DNA of 64,000 bases from Candidatus Poribacteria bacterium (GTDB taxonomy: Bacteria; Poribacteria; WGA-4E; WGA-3G). Where the stretch lies: the NCBI GenBank assembly GCA_965205015.1, contig OZ242029.1:960001-1024000 (forward strand), written 5' to 3'. Made by a program: the position numbers and the translations under genes. This document shows, piece by piece, positions 9,984-20,396 of this stretch (positions within the stretch are counted from its first letter, which is position 1; every line of letters begins with the position of its first letter). The notes under the pieces were generated by a model that did no database searches, was not told where the DNA came from, and was given only the letters and a program-made list of their open reading frames with translations.

Positions 9984-10784
9984 ATGAATGCTGATGAAAA
10001 ATATCTATTTGATCTGAACGGTTACCTCGTTGTCAAGAATGTGCTAACACCCGAAGAGGTAGCAATCGCCAACGAAGCAATCGATAGACATAGCGAGCAA
10101 GGACGCATCCGTCCACGCGAACAGGCACTCGACGGCGGCTCCGCGGAATTAAAAGGTGAGCAGGGCAGAGGCGAACTCGGCGGTATGCTCAATTGGGAGG
10201 AACCGTGGTGTAATCCGTTCCGACACATGCTTGCACACCCGACACTCGTCCCGTATCTGAATGTAATATTGGGAAAAGGGTTCCGGATGGATCATCAGAT
10301 GTTCCTGCTTTCAATGGACAAGGGTGCAGAGGGGCATACGTTCCATGGATCCTCCGGTCCTGGCTTCGATCCGAACCAATACTATATTTTCCGTGACGGA
10401 CGCATGCACAACGGCCTGACTGTCGCCACATTCCAATTGACGGATGTACCACCCGGAGTCGGTGGATTAATCGTTATACCCGGAAGCCATAAGAGCAACT
10501 ACCCGTGCCCGAAGAAGATGCGGCTCTACCAGGAACACCAAGAGCATATCCGACAGCTCGTCTGCAACGCCGGCGATGTCATGATTTTCACAGAGGCAGT
10601 AACACACGGAACACTGCCGTGGACTGCTGAGCATCCGCGGCGTTCTATCTTAACCCGGTATACCGCAGGCAACATGGCGTATGTCCCTGCCTATGAAATA
10701 CCGGAATGGGCGAATGAGCGACAGCGTGCTGTCATGGAACCCCCCTATCATTCACGATTAAATCGTCCCACCTTGGAGGTGTAG
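9984..10784 (+). CDS. PhyH-like Fe(II)/2OG enzyme with non-canonical H-G-S metal motif
   Basis: FDLNGYLVV start, IPGSHK, AGDV.IF.EA.THG, RRSIL; H121-G-S instead of HxD. Confidence 0.85.
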   Translation: MNADEKYLFDLNGYLVVKNVLTPEEVAIANEAIDRHSEQGRIRPREQALDGGSAELKGEQGRGELGGMLNWEEPWCNPFRHMLAHPTLVPYLNVILGKGFRMDHQMFLLSMDKGAEGHTFHGSSGPGFDPNQYYIFRDGRMHNGLTVATFQLTDVPPGVGGLIVIPGSHKSNYPCPKKMRLYQEHQEHIRQLVCNAGDVMIFTEAVTHGTLPWTAEHPRRSILTRYTAGNMAYVPAYEIPEWANERQRAVMEPPYHSRLNRPTLEV

Positions 10785-10892
10785 GAAGGTTTTTAATTGA
10801 TGGGATCCTGGCCTGCGCTCCGCTTACACGCAAGTTTCTGGTGAGGTCGCAACTGAAATCTCATGCTGTTCAACCATAAGGAAAATTAAAAA

Positions 10893-11693
10893 ATGAATGC
10901 TGATGAAAAATATCTATTCGATCTGAACGGTTATCTTATTATCAAGAACGTGCTAACACCTGAAGAGGTAGCACTCGCGAATGCAGCAATTGATAAACAT
11001 AGTGACCAAGCACGCATTCGTCCACGCGATCAGACGCTCGATGGCGGCTCCGCAGAACTGAAAGGCGAACAGGGGAGAGGTGAACTCGGCGGCATGCTCG
11101 GATGGGAAGAGCCGTGGTGTAATCCGTTCCGACACATGCTCGCGCATCCGACACTCGTCCCCTACCTGAACGAGATACTCGGAAAAGGCTTCCGTATGGA
11201 TCATCAGATGTTCCTGCTTTCAATGGACCAAGGCGCGGAGGGCTTCATTTTCCATGGATCTTCCGGTCCTGGCTTTGATCCGAACCAATACTATATTTTC
11301 CGCGATGGACGTATGCACAACGGTTTGACTGTTGTAACGTTCCAGTTAACCGATGTGCCACCGGGAGCAGGTGGGTTAATCGTTATACCCGGAAGCCATA
11401 AGAGCAACTATCCGTGTCCACAAAAGATGCGGCTTTACCAAGAACACCAGGAGCATATCCGACAGCTCGTCTGCAACGCCGGCGATGTAGCAATCTTCAC
11501 GGAGGCGGTGACACACGGAACGCTGCCGTGGACTGCTGAACATCCGCGGCGTTCTATCTTAACCCGTTACACCGCAGGTAATATGGCGTATGTCCCCGCC
11601 TATGAAATACCGGAATGGGCAAATGAACGCCAACGCGCTGTGATGGAACCCCCTTATCATTCGCGATTAAATCGTCCCGTATTAGAAACGTAG
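10893..11693 (+). CDS. PhyH-like enzyme, tandem near-identical paralog of 9984-10784
   Basis: Same length (266 aa), almost identical sequence. Confidence 0.85.
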   Translation: MNADEKYLFDLNGYLIIKNVLTPEEVALANAAIDKHSDQARIRPRDQTLDGGSAELKGEQGRGELGGMLGWEEPWCNPFRHMLAHPTLVPYLNEILGKGFRMDHQMFLLSMDQGAEGFIFHGSSGPGFDPNQYYIFRDGRMHNGLTVVTFQLTDVPPGAGGLIVIPGSHKSNYPCPQKMRLYQEHQEHIRQLVCNAGDVAIFTEAVTHGTLPWTAEHPRRSILTRYTAGNMAYVPAYEIPEWANERQRAVMEPPYHSRLNRPVLET

Positions 11694-11708
11694 GAAGGAA
11701 TAGCTGAT

Positions 11709-12788
11709 ATGTCTACTTCAACGAGTGCAATCCTGGGTCTCATTTTTTTAGGACTCGCGAATGCCTCCGTTTTTTTAATGTTTAAGTTATGGGGTTACCC
11801 ATTCGACAAAGAGACACGGACGAGTGCCGCGCCCCCCTCCTTGATGCTGCTTCACCGGCTCATCGGCTATGCGTATGCGATACTCTATGTCTTTATGATG
11901 TGGCACATGGTGCCACGCTTGTGGAATTACCAAGTCGAGCTACCACCTCGAACCGTAGCACACCTGATGCTCGGTATCACCATCGGCGTGTTAATCCTCG
12001 TCAAGATTGCCATCCTTCGGTTTTTCCGGCACTTTGAGGAATCCATGCCGTATATCGGGACGACCCTGCTGATTTGCACCTATCTACTGATTGGATTGTC
12101 GGTGCCGTTTACATTCCGAGAAGCAGCATTGCGAACACAGACAATGGCATTCAGTGAAGAAGGTATCGCTCGAACCCGTAAGTTGCTTGAAACCGCCGGA
12201 TTGCCAGCCGAAGCACCGCTCGACCAACTCGCATCAAAGCGAAAATTGCGGGAGGGTCAACACGTCCTACAGCGTAAATGCGTTGTCTGTCACGATCTAC
12301 GCACCATTCTCGCAAAACCACGTATTCCGACGGACTGGGTCCGTCTCGTCAACCGCATGGCGATAAAACCGATGATCGGCGAACCCATTCACACAGAAGA
12401 GGAATGGACAGTCTCGGCGTATCTTATCGCGATTACACCGGATATTCAAACCTCGGCCCGGCAACAACGTCAAGAACAGATGCGCGCCGATGAGGCAAAG
12501 GCAGCCGCCCAAATTGCAACTTTCACGCTGGGAATAGATGCAGAAGCTGAAATGGATACAACGGATACAGCAGAAACCGACACCTATGACGCAGTAGAAG
12601 CGCAAGCCCTCTTTGAGGACAGATGCTCTCAATGTCATCCCATCACCGATATTGAAGACTATCCACCTCGCTCTGAAGAAGAGACAATCGAGCTCATAAC
12701 ACGGATGATAGAGATCGGGCTTTACCTTGAAGAGGAAGAGATTGCATTGATTACACGCTATATCAACGCACATTATTTGGAAGAGTAA
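11709..12788 (+). CDS. Membrane protein with 4 N-terminal TM helices and two c-type heme motifs
   Basis: CVVCH and CSQCH; hydrophobic N-terminal third with His in TM segments. Confidence 0.8.
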   Translation: MSTSTSAILGLIFLGLANASVFLMFKLWGYPFDKETRTSAAPPSLMLLHRLIGYAYAILYVFMMWHMVPRLWNYQVELPPRTVAHLMLGITIGVLILVKIAILRFFRHFEESMPYIGTTLLICTYLLIGLSVPFTFREAALRTQTMAFSEEGIARTRKLLETAGLPAEAPLDQLASKRKLREGQHVLQRKCVVCHDLRTILAKPRIPTDWVRLVNRMAIKPMIGEPIHTEEEWTVSAYLIAITPDIQTSARQQRQEQMRADEAKAAAQIATFTLGIDAEAEMDTTDTAETDTYDAVEAQALFEDRCSQCHPITDIEDYPPRSEEETIELITRMIEIGLYLEEEEIALITRYINAHYLEE

Positions 12789-12789
12789 A

Positions 12790-12916
12790 TAGTTTGCAGT
12801 GCGGGTTGCTACGCAACCCTTTCAGTTTGCCTCACAGTGAGAGTTATCAGGCACAAGAAACTGCCCTTAAACGAAAATCTCTTAACTGGAAACTGAAGAC
12901 TGATAACTGTTAACTA
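12790..12916. repeat. Heptamer-arm intergenic palindrome between convergent genes
   Basis: TAGTTTGCAG ... AACTGGA AACTGAA GACTGAT AACTGTT AACTA; internal hairpin GGGTTGC-tac-GCAACCC. Confidence 0.7.
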
Positions 12917-13744
12917 CTATAACCGAATCTTCTTGAATTCCTCAATCTGTGCCGTAATCGCGCGTTCCGTCGGGAGACGCTCGGCACTTGACGCACCGTA
13001 GAACCCCACGACCCCTTCGGTATTCTCCAGAACGTAGGTTGCGTCCTCTGGCTCAGCGATCGGACCGCCGTGACAGATAACGAGAATCTCTGGGTTAACC
13101 CCTTTTGCGGCATCGTGAATGGCTTGCACCCGTTCGGCGGCATCCGCAAGCGTGAGAGCGGTTTGCGCACCGATAGACCCCTTCGTTGTCAACCCCATGT
13201 GTGCGACGAGGATATCCGCACCCGCATCCGCCATCTGCTCTGCCTCGGTTTCGTTGAAGGCATACGGCGTGGTGAGCATTCCCATCTGATGCGCCGTCCG
13301 AATCATCTCCACCTCAGGTCCGTATCCCATATCGGTCTCCTCGAGCAGCTGGCGAAACGTGCCGTCAATCAGACCCACCGTCGGGAAGTTTTGAACCCCA
13401 GAAAACCCGATCGCATCTATCTGACCTAAGAAGACATCCATCAAACGAAATGGATCCGTCCCACAGACCCCCGCGAGAACGGGTGTGTCCGGGACGACGG
13501 GTAGCACTTCGCTCGCCATCTCAACGACAATCTGGTTCGCATCGCCGTAGGGCATCATACCTGCCAGTGAACCCCTGCCCGCCATTCTGAATCTGCCAGA
13601 GTTATAGATAATAATCAAGTCAATACCACCCGCTGCTTCGCACTTTGCGGAGATACCCGTGCCAGCACCCGCTCCAATGATGGGCTTACCTGCGTCAATA
13701 TTGTTGCGCAGTTGCGCCAAAATTTCTTCGCGTTTGAATTTCAT
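12917..13744 (-). CDS. Phosphoenolpyruvate hydrolase-like / TIM-barrel signal transduction family protein
   Basis: [47 protein letters not shown]. Confidence 0.9.
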   Translation of the reverse strand: MKFKREEILAQLRNNIDAGKPIIGAGAGTGISAKCEAAGGIDLIIIYNSGRFRMAGRGSLAGMMPYGDANQIVVEMASEVLPVVPDTPVLAGVCGTDPFRLMDVFLGQIDAIGFSGVQNFPTVGLIDGTFRQLLEETDMGYGPEVEMIRTAHQMGMLTTPYAFNETEAEQMADAGADILVAHMGLTTKGSIGAQTALTLADAAERVQAIHDAAKGVNPEILVICHGGPIAEPEDATYVLENTEGVVGFYGASSAERLPTERAITAQIEEFKKIRL

Positions 13745-13869
13745 GAGTCGTTATCCCTTGCGTATGATAATTAGATATAGTATACTACACCTATTATAGC
13801 AAAATATTAGATCGTGTGTAACATTTTTGATATCCTTCAGATTTCTATTCCTTCATAAAGGCAACACGC

Positions 13870-15570
13870 ATGACCTTATACCGTTTTTGGCGAGGTAGCG
13901 GTGGCACATCTGAAAATGCGCCTGCCGACTACTTCCTACATCGTTGTAAAAAGTTACGATATAGAAATTCAGTACGCCCTGGCTTGGTAAGCCTTTTTGT
14001 TGTATTCACAGGTATCTTTTGCCTTTCTGCAGAGGCTTACATAAAAGGCCCTTGGCTATGGATGATTGCCAAAGGTGCAGATATAGATAACGATCAGTTG
14101 GCTGTCGCAAGTAAGGGCACGGTCACTGAAAACCTTGTCGCCGCATACGGTGTAAACGAAGGAGATAGCGTAGGACAGTTGCAATGGACACGCGGGCGGA
14201 TTTTCCCAGAAATCGACTGCTTATTCTGGCAGTGGGGCTGCTACTCGGATAATGTTAACAGGGTCGTCAATAGGATAGGGTTGAGCAACGACCGGGGGTT
14301 GAATCGCCATTCTGCGTACGCTTTAATTAACATCCGCTCCTCGCGAGAACGCAGAAACGTCGCGATGGGGGTCGGGAGTGATGACGCTGTTAAAGTTTGG
14401 CTCAACGGTCAAGTGGTCCATATAAACAGGGTGGACAGAGCCACAACGGGCATTCAAGACCTATTTCGCGTCAATCTGAAAGTCGGGGACAACCTTCTCC
14501 TCGTTAAAGTAAGCGATAATCTATGGAATTGGGGGATGTTCTTCGATATCTATCTTGAGAAGGACGATTTTAGCACCGCTCTCCCTATGAGGACTTCCGA
14601 TACTTCCCTCGCTATACACCTGTTTCAAAAATACAGTGCCACGCTCCAAGATCCGGAGATTCAGAAAGTGTTTCCGACTGTATTGACGCGGTTTCAAGAA
14701 CCGGAGATACAAGCTCTTTTGACCCCTTTTACAATAAACACTGTTGCTGAGAATCCAGACATCCTCACACAGTTCGGTGTGTCGGAGAAAACGATAAGGT
14801 TCATTAAAGGAAATGCCGGTGTCCGCGCGATGCTCCGCGATCCAGACTTTCAAACGTTGTTGCAAAATCGGAATGCTTTATCAGAATTCGCGGCACTCGT
14901 TACTGGCGAGGAACTTACCGTTCTTCCTAAAGAACGCTCTTTAGCTGCAGATGTTGATGGAAACGGAGCTGTAAATATCCTGGACCTCGTGCGCATTGCA
15001 ACGCGCGTAGGTCGAACAGGTCCTGATCCTGCGGATGTGAACCGTGATGGCACCGTTAATATTCGTGATATTGTCTTGGCTGCAGCCTTAATGGGTACGG
15101 AAGCAGCCGCCCCTTCTGCTTTTGCTGGGATAGGAGCAGCCCCCAGTCACCCGCCCCTACGCCCTGAAGACATCCAACTTTGGCTGACACAAATCCAACG
15201 CGTTGACTTGCGCGATCCGACCTTCCAAAGAGGGGTAAGAGTCCTAAAGCACCTGATGGAGATGTTGACACCGAAAAAGACAGGACTTCTGCCCAATTAT
15301 CCCAATCCATTCAACCCTGAAACATGGATACCGTATCAACTCTCTAAACCTGCTGATGTTACAGTGACTATCTATGCCGCGAACGGCACTTTGGTCCGCA
15401 CCTTGGTGTTAGGACATCAACCCGCGGGTATATACCAGAACCGTAGTCGTGCAGCACACTGGGACGGCAAAAACGAATTCGGTGAGCCTGTAGCGAGTGG
15501 GGTCTATTTCTATACACTCAAGGTCTCTGGGGAATTCACTGCCACTCGCAAAATGTTCATACGGAAGTAG
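13870..15570 (+). CDS. Exported protein: N-terminal beta domain, dockerin-like EF-hand pair, C-terminal FlgD-Ig/T9SS-type CTD
   Basis: GSDDAVKVWLNG; DVDGNGAVNILDL and DVNRDGTVNIRDI; NYPNPFNPETWIPY...SGVYFY. True start may be downstream. Confidence 0.82.
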   Translation: MTLYRFWRGSGGTSENAPADYFLHRCKKLRYRNSVRPGLVSLFVVFTGIFCLSAEAYIKGPWLWMIAKGADIDNDQLAVASKGTVTENLVAAYGVNEGDSVGQLQWTRGRIFPEIDCLFWQWGCYSDNVNRVVNRIGLSNDRGLNRHSAYALINIRSSRERRNVAMGVGSDDAVKVWLNGQVVHINRVDRATTGIQDLFRVNLKVGDNLLLVKVSDNLWNWGMFFDIYLEKDDFSTALPMRTSDTSLAIHLFQKYSATLQDPEIQKVFPTVLTRFQEPEIQALLTPFTINTVAENPDILTQFGVSEKTIRFIKGNAGVRAMLRDPDFQTLLQNRNALSEFAALVTGEELTVLPKERSLAADVDGNGAVNILDLVRIATRVGRTGPDPADVNRDGTVNIRDIVLAAALMGTEAAAPSAFAGIGAAPSHPPLRPEDIQLWLTQIQRVDLRDPTFQRGVRVLKHLMEMLTPKKTGLLPNYPNPFNPETWIPYQLSKPADVTVTIYAANGTLVRTLVLGHQPAGIYQNRSRAAHWDGKNEFGEPVASGVYFYTLKVSGEFTATRKMFIRK

Positions 15571-15999
15571 CGAGCAGCTGTCAGCGAAGGGCATCGTTTT
15601 GTCTGAGTCTCAGATTGACACAGATTACACAGATGAATGCGGATTCTCTTTCCTCTATAGGAGCAACTTTCCCCACGCGACCGTATCCCTGTATACACGT
15701 ATACACCTTTATCAGACCTTCTATGAAAAACGACTTGGCGTCACTAAACACACAAAATTCTTTTTTCCCGTGATGTAACGTTTTGCCTGAAAATTGTGTC
15801 TTTAATAGAGTAAGTTCAACTTAAGGATTCAGAGAAGTTCGAGACGGCATTTCTATCTATCGCTAATTTGATAACAGATATATTCCCACAGTATGCGTCT
15901 TGGTATTGTGTCTCACTTTCGTTCAATTGAATCTACACTAGGAACCAATTGCTTATACCGAGCTCGCGTTAATATATACCCAAAAAAGGGGACCCTCTC

Positions 16000-17988
16000 A
16001 TGAAAAATACACTGACTTTCATTTTAGTGATTGGACTGGCGATATGTGTTATTCCTCAAAACACCATCGCACAAGACCCACAGGATTTGTATTTACGGTA
16101 CTTACCCAAAGGTGTGAAAGCACGGCACGGCAAAGGTACGTTAACAGGACAGATCGCGAGTTCCGCTGATGGAAAACGTTTAGCCGTCGCGTGTAGCATC
16201 GGTATTTGGATGTATGACGTAGAAACGAGCAAAATACTTAATCTGCTGACAGGGCATACGGATTGGGTATGGAGCGTAGCGTTTAGCCCAGATGGGAAGA
16301 TGTTGGCAAGCACAAGTGAAGACCGCACCGTCCGTTTATGGAATGCACAGACAGGTGCTGAACTTCGGACGCTGCAAGGACATGAAGAATTTACCACAAG
16401 CGTAGCATTCAGTCCGGACGGGAAGATGCTGGCAAGTGGCAGTGTAGACGAGACCATCCGACTCTGGGATGTAACAACCGGCACAAATCTTCGGGTGCTG
16501 GCAGCGCATGAACATGGTGTCACAAGCGTAGCGTTTAGTCCGGATGGAGAGATACTGGCAAGTTCGGGTTCAGACAACACCGTGCGGCTGTGGGATGCAC
16601 AAACGGGAAATCCTGTTCGGACGCTAACAGGGAATCAGGGATATGTTTATACCGTAGTATTCAGTCCGGATGGGAAGATACTCGCGAGTGCCTGTCAGGA
16701 TCAAAGCGTGCGTTTGTGGAATGCACAGACGGGTGAGACGCTTCAGACGTTGACTGGGCATAGTGGTATTGTTGAAAATATCGCGTTCAGTCCGGATGGG
16801 AAGATACTCGCGAGTACAAGTACCGACAAGACCATCCGTCTATGGGATGTGCAGACAGGGACACAGCTGCGGGTGTTGTCCGGGCATGAATGGGGTAGCG
16901 AGCGCGTTATATTTAGCCCAGATGGGAAAACGCTGATGAGTGGTAGCACGGACGACACCGTGCGGCTGTGGGATGTGGAAACCGGTAAAGAACTTCGAAA
17001 GATAGTAGAGCATACGATGATGGATGTACATAGTCTGGCATTCAGTCCGGATGGAAAAACACTGGCTGGTGGCACTTGGGATAATACCGTTTATTTTTGG
17101 AATGCACAGACGGGGGAACCCCTTCCGCCGCTGGAAAGCGATATCTACCTTAGAGCAAACGTCGCCTTCAGTCCGGATGGAAAAACACTCGCAAGTAGCG
17201 GTTGGGACAAGACCGTGAAATTGTGGGATATAAAAACAGGTGCAGAACTGCCGCCGTTGGTGAAGCATGATACAGATGTCACAACCCTTGCCTTCAGTCC
17301 GGATGGAAAAACACTGGCGAGCGCAAGTCGTCAAAACACCATCTATTTGTGGGATAGGCAAACACGGAAACCTATACGTATGATGTCAAAACATCAAAAA
17401 TTGCCTACTCCCGAAGAGATACAAAAGCTGCGTGATCGAATGCTAAAAGGTGATAAGGAAGCAGCTCAAAAACTACGTAAAAGTCTACTCACGGCGTTAG
17501 ATCCCGAGGAACATGTCTATTACATAGCGTTCAGTCCGGACAGTTCACTGTTAGCAAGCGCGAGTGATGACGAGATTGTACGTGTATGGAATGTGCAGAC
17601 GGGTACCCTTCGTTTTATTTTAGACAAACACAGTGATTCTGTAAATTACGTCGCATTCAGTCCGGATGGAAAGATACTGGCGAGTTGCAGTACCGACCAG
17701 ACCGTGCGTTTCTGGAATTCAGGGTCTGGTGAACTGATTCGGACGATAGAAGCGCATCAGGGACATGTTTATAGCATCGCGTTCAGTCCGGATGGAAAGA
17801 TACTGGCAAGTTCGGGTTTGGACCAAGCTATTCGTCTGTGGGATGTGGAAACTGGCATACATCTTCGGACACTGGATGCACATCGGTCGGGTGTTCTTGA
17901 AATAGTGTTCAGTCCGGACGGAAAGACACTGGCGAGTACGAGTTGGAATAGTGTCGTGTTGTTGTGGGATCTCTTGGTTGATAATTAG
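16000..17988 (+). CDS. Exported WD40-repeat protein (about 14 blades)
   Basis: Signal peptide; repeated GH...VAFSPDG..LAS.S.D.TVRLWD units. Confidence 0.92.
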   Translation: MKNTLTFILVIGLAICVIPQNTIAQDPQDLYLRYLPKGVKARHGKGTLTGQIASSADGKRLAVACSIGIWMYDVETSKILNLLTGHTDWVWSVAFSPDGKMLASTSEDRTVRLWNAQTGAELRTLQGHEEFTTSVAFSPDGKMLASGSVDETIRLWDVTTGTNLRVLAAHEHGVTSVAFSPDGEILASSGSDNTVRLWDAQTGNPVRTLTGNQGYVYTVVFSPDGKILASACQDQSVRLWNAQTGETLQTLTGHSGIVENIAFSPDGKILASTSTDKTIRLWDVQTGTQLRVLSGHEWGSERVIFSPDGKTLMSGSTDDTVRLWDVETGKELRKIVEHTMMDVHSLAFSPDGKTLAGGTWDNTVYFWNAQTGEPLPPLESDIYLRANVAFSPDGKTLASSGWDKTVKLWDIKTGAELPPLVKHDTDVTTLAFSPDGKTLASASRQNTIYLWDRQTRKPIRMMSKHQKLPTPEEIQKLRDRMLKGDKEAAQKLRKSLLTALDPEEHVYYIAFSPDSSLLASASDDEIVRVWNVQTGTLRFILDKHSDSVNYVAFSPDGKILASCSTDQTVRFWNSGSGELIRTIEAHQGHVYSIAFSPDGKILASSGLDQAIRLWDVETGIHLRTLDAHRSGVLEIVFSPDGKTLASTSWNSVVLLWDLLVDN

Positions 17989-18022
17989 GAGTGGGCGGGT
18001 CCAGGGACCCGCTCTTACATTT

Positions 18023-19198
18023 TTACCGCCGGGCATGCTGCGATTCCGCGGGTGCGCGGTATTCAACATTGAGATGCGGTGTTTCCAATCTCACATGTCC
18101 TTGAAGGCGCGAAGTCAAACAACTCTCCAGAGCACCACTCACCAATAAGGTTCGTTCCGCTGGGTACGGTGCGATACCCGTCTCAAAAAGTTCCTCAATC
18201 TTGGCGATAAGACAGGCAGAATAGGTAACGTTCGGAGTTGGCGTTAAGAAGAATTGCGTGGACACTGGCACCGATTCGTTTTTCAACTGCGCAGCGAAGC
18301 AGTAATCCCGGACTGCACCGTTAAGCATCAAAAGTGTCGCCCTCAACCCATCGTTATATTCAAGGCAATAGGCGGACGGGTTCTCAACGAGCCGGTAGAT
18401 TTCACCATTACGGATCATATCCTGTGTTCTCCCGTCTTCATCCGTTAAACCGCACGGTGTATCGCTTCGGGAGAGCGCGGCTTCCAGCAGTTGATATGAC
18501 CAGCGTCCGTCCTCGCCTGCCTTCCAGACTTCCTCACCATCTATTAATTGGACAGCGGCGACCCCGGTCTCACCACCCTTTCGGCGTTCTATCATACATT
18601 GCATCGCCTCCAAGGCGTGATAATCCATAGGATCCGAGCCTCCAACGCCTACCATGAGCGCCTCCTCTATCTCACACGCTAACGGCAATTCCACATCTGG
18701 CAACCGCCATGTAACAGGTAGAGACGAACCCGCAAGCACCCCAAAACCGAGGCGGTGGCCATCGTCCACCATCTCCTTCGCTTTCTCAAAACTATAGGAG
18801 AGGTGCTTGTCGTTGAAGATAGGCACGGCACGTCCATCTTCCTCAAAGACCTTGACGCACTCTTTGAAAAACTCATAACGTGGATATAGCACCTGACTTT
18901 TTTCATTGGTAGGATAATCGCCGTGTTCACCGATCGAAAGCACCGCATCTACAGCAAGTTCATCGCCACCACACCGGAGTGCTTCGGCGATAGTGGGATA
19001 CACAGAAAATCCGAACTCTCTGGCACGGTCCAGGCTTTGGTCCCCCTCCGGCTTCTGGTCAACGAACAATGAGACGACTTTTATATCGGGACGATGCCAT
19101 CTGCCCTGTTTCGGGTAACCAACGAGAAAACGATCTGCAAAATGTTGCGCATGCGATAGGTAACGGTAGATAGTCGTGATAACTGCGATCCGCTTCAT
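18023..19198 (-). CDS. Conserved hypothetical protein (Rossmann-like N-terminus), paralog of 19203-20396
   Basis: Shared motifs GEHG.YP.NEK, FNDKHLS, AGSSLPVTWR, ERR.GGE.GV; SD GGAGG before ATG 19198. Confidence 0.8.
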   Translation of the reverse strand: MKRIAVITTIYRYLSHAQHFADRFLVGYPKQGRWHRPDIKVVSLFVDQKPEGDQSLDRAREFGFSVYPTIAEALRCGGDELAVDAVLSIGEHGDYPTNEKSQVLYPRYEFFKECVKVFEEDGRAVPIFNDKHLSYSFEKAKEMVDDGHRLGFGVLAGSSLPVTWRLPDVELPLACEIEEALMVGVGGSDPMDYHALEAMQCMIERRKGGETGVAAVQLIDGEEVWKAGEDGRWSYQLLEAALSRSDTPCGLTDEDGRTQDMIRNGEIYRLVENPSAYCLEYNDGLRATLLMLNGAVRDYCFAAQLKNESVPVSTQFFLTPTPNVTYSACLIAKIEELFETGIAPYPAERTLLVSGALESCLTSRLQGHVRLETPHLNVEYRAPAESQHARR

Positions 19199-19202
19199 AG
19201 CC

Positions 19203-20396
19203 TCATGTCCTCCAGAAGGTTGAATCTTTTGTTGGCTGATATGCAATGTCCAAATGAGGGGTCTCCTGCTTCGTACTTTCGGCGAAGAGGCTATCAACCC
19301 CTGCTGCAACAAGTCCTGTCGTCAACAAGGTACGTTCAACGGGATAGGTTGCCTCACCCGTCAGGAACATCTTCTCGATATTGTTAACCAGCGGCGAAAA
19401 GAAGTTCGCCAACGTCGTCCGTGCGGGTGGCATCGGAAGATACATCTGTGTTGAAAGAATCTCGTCGCTTGATCCGATATAAGCGGCAAAATTGAAATCT
19501 TGCACCAAACCATTCATCAAGATCATGGTAGATTTAAGTCCGTCATTGTGTTCATACTGATACGCTATCGGGTCTTTCACAATCTCTTTTAACTCATCAA
19601 GATTTGGAAACGGATTGTTAAACCCAGAACGTGCCGGTGTAAGTGTATGACTCCGACAGAGCGCCGTCTCAAAGAGTTCTCGCGACCAGAGCTTAGTGTG
19701 ATGTGCTTCCCAGAACGCATCGCCGCGATACGCCTGTAGCCATTTGACACCACTTTCACCACCTTCGCGCCGTTCTACCATACACTGTAAGGTTTCCAAG
19801 GCGTGGAAGTCATAACTGTCCACACCCCCATAGCCGACACAGACTGCCTCAGAGATCGGTACACCGAGCGGCATGTCGATTGATGGTGTGCGCCACGTAA
19901 CCGGTAAGGACGAGCCTGCCATAAACGCAAAGCCCATAGACTCGGAGATATCGTACATCTCGCGCGCCCACTCCCAGTTCCATGAGAGATGTTTGTCGTT
20001 AAAGGTCGGCACGCCGCGCCCACTCTTTTCATAGACCTCAGCGATTTGCATGAAGTGTTCATAGCGTGGATAAAGACGTTGCCCCTTCTCGTTGGTGGGA
20101 TATTCGCCGTGTTCCCCGATAATCAGGACCCCGTCGACCGCAAGTTCTTCACCGCCGAGGGTGAGTGCCTCCGCAATTGTGGGGTAACCCTTCATTGTCG
20201 GGAAACGCTCCAGACGTTCACGACTGAGGTCATTGTCCTTGACCTGTTCGACGAAGAGAGAGACGAGATCCATCGGTGGGTGATGATGTCGGCTATTCCA
20301 TCCGTAACCTTCCAAGAACCGATCGACGATGTGCTGCGTGTGCGAGTATTTGTGATAAATCGTCGCAATTGCTGCGATTTTCGGTCGTTTTTCCAT
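19203..20396 (-). CDS. Conserved hypothetical protein, paralog of 18023-19198
   Basis: 397-aa ORF with the same motifs, 4 nt upstream of its partner. Confidence 0.82.
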   Translation of the reverse strand: MEKRPKIAAIATIYHKYSHTQHIVDRFLEGYGWNSRHHHPPMDLVSLFVEQVKDNDLSRERLERFPTMKGYPTIAEALTLGGEELAVDGVLIIGEHGEYPTNEKGQRLYPRYEHFMQIAEVYEKSGRGVPTFNDKHLSWNWEWAREMYDISESMGFAFMAGSSLPVTWRTPSIDMPLGVPISEAVCVGYGGVDSYDFHALETLQCMVERREGGESGVKWLQAYRGDAFWEAHHTKLWSRELFETALCRSHTLTPARSGFNNPFPNLDELKEIVKDPIAYQYEHNDGLKSTMILMNGLVQDFNFAAYIGSSDEILSTQMYLPMPPARTTLANFFSPLVNNIEKMFLTGEATYPVERTLLTTGLVAAGVDSLFAESTKQETPHLDIAYQPTKDSTFWRT

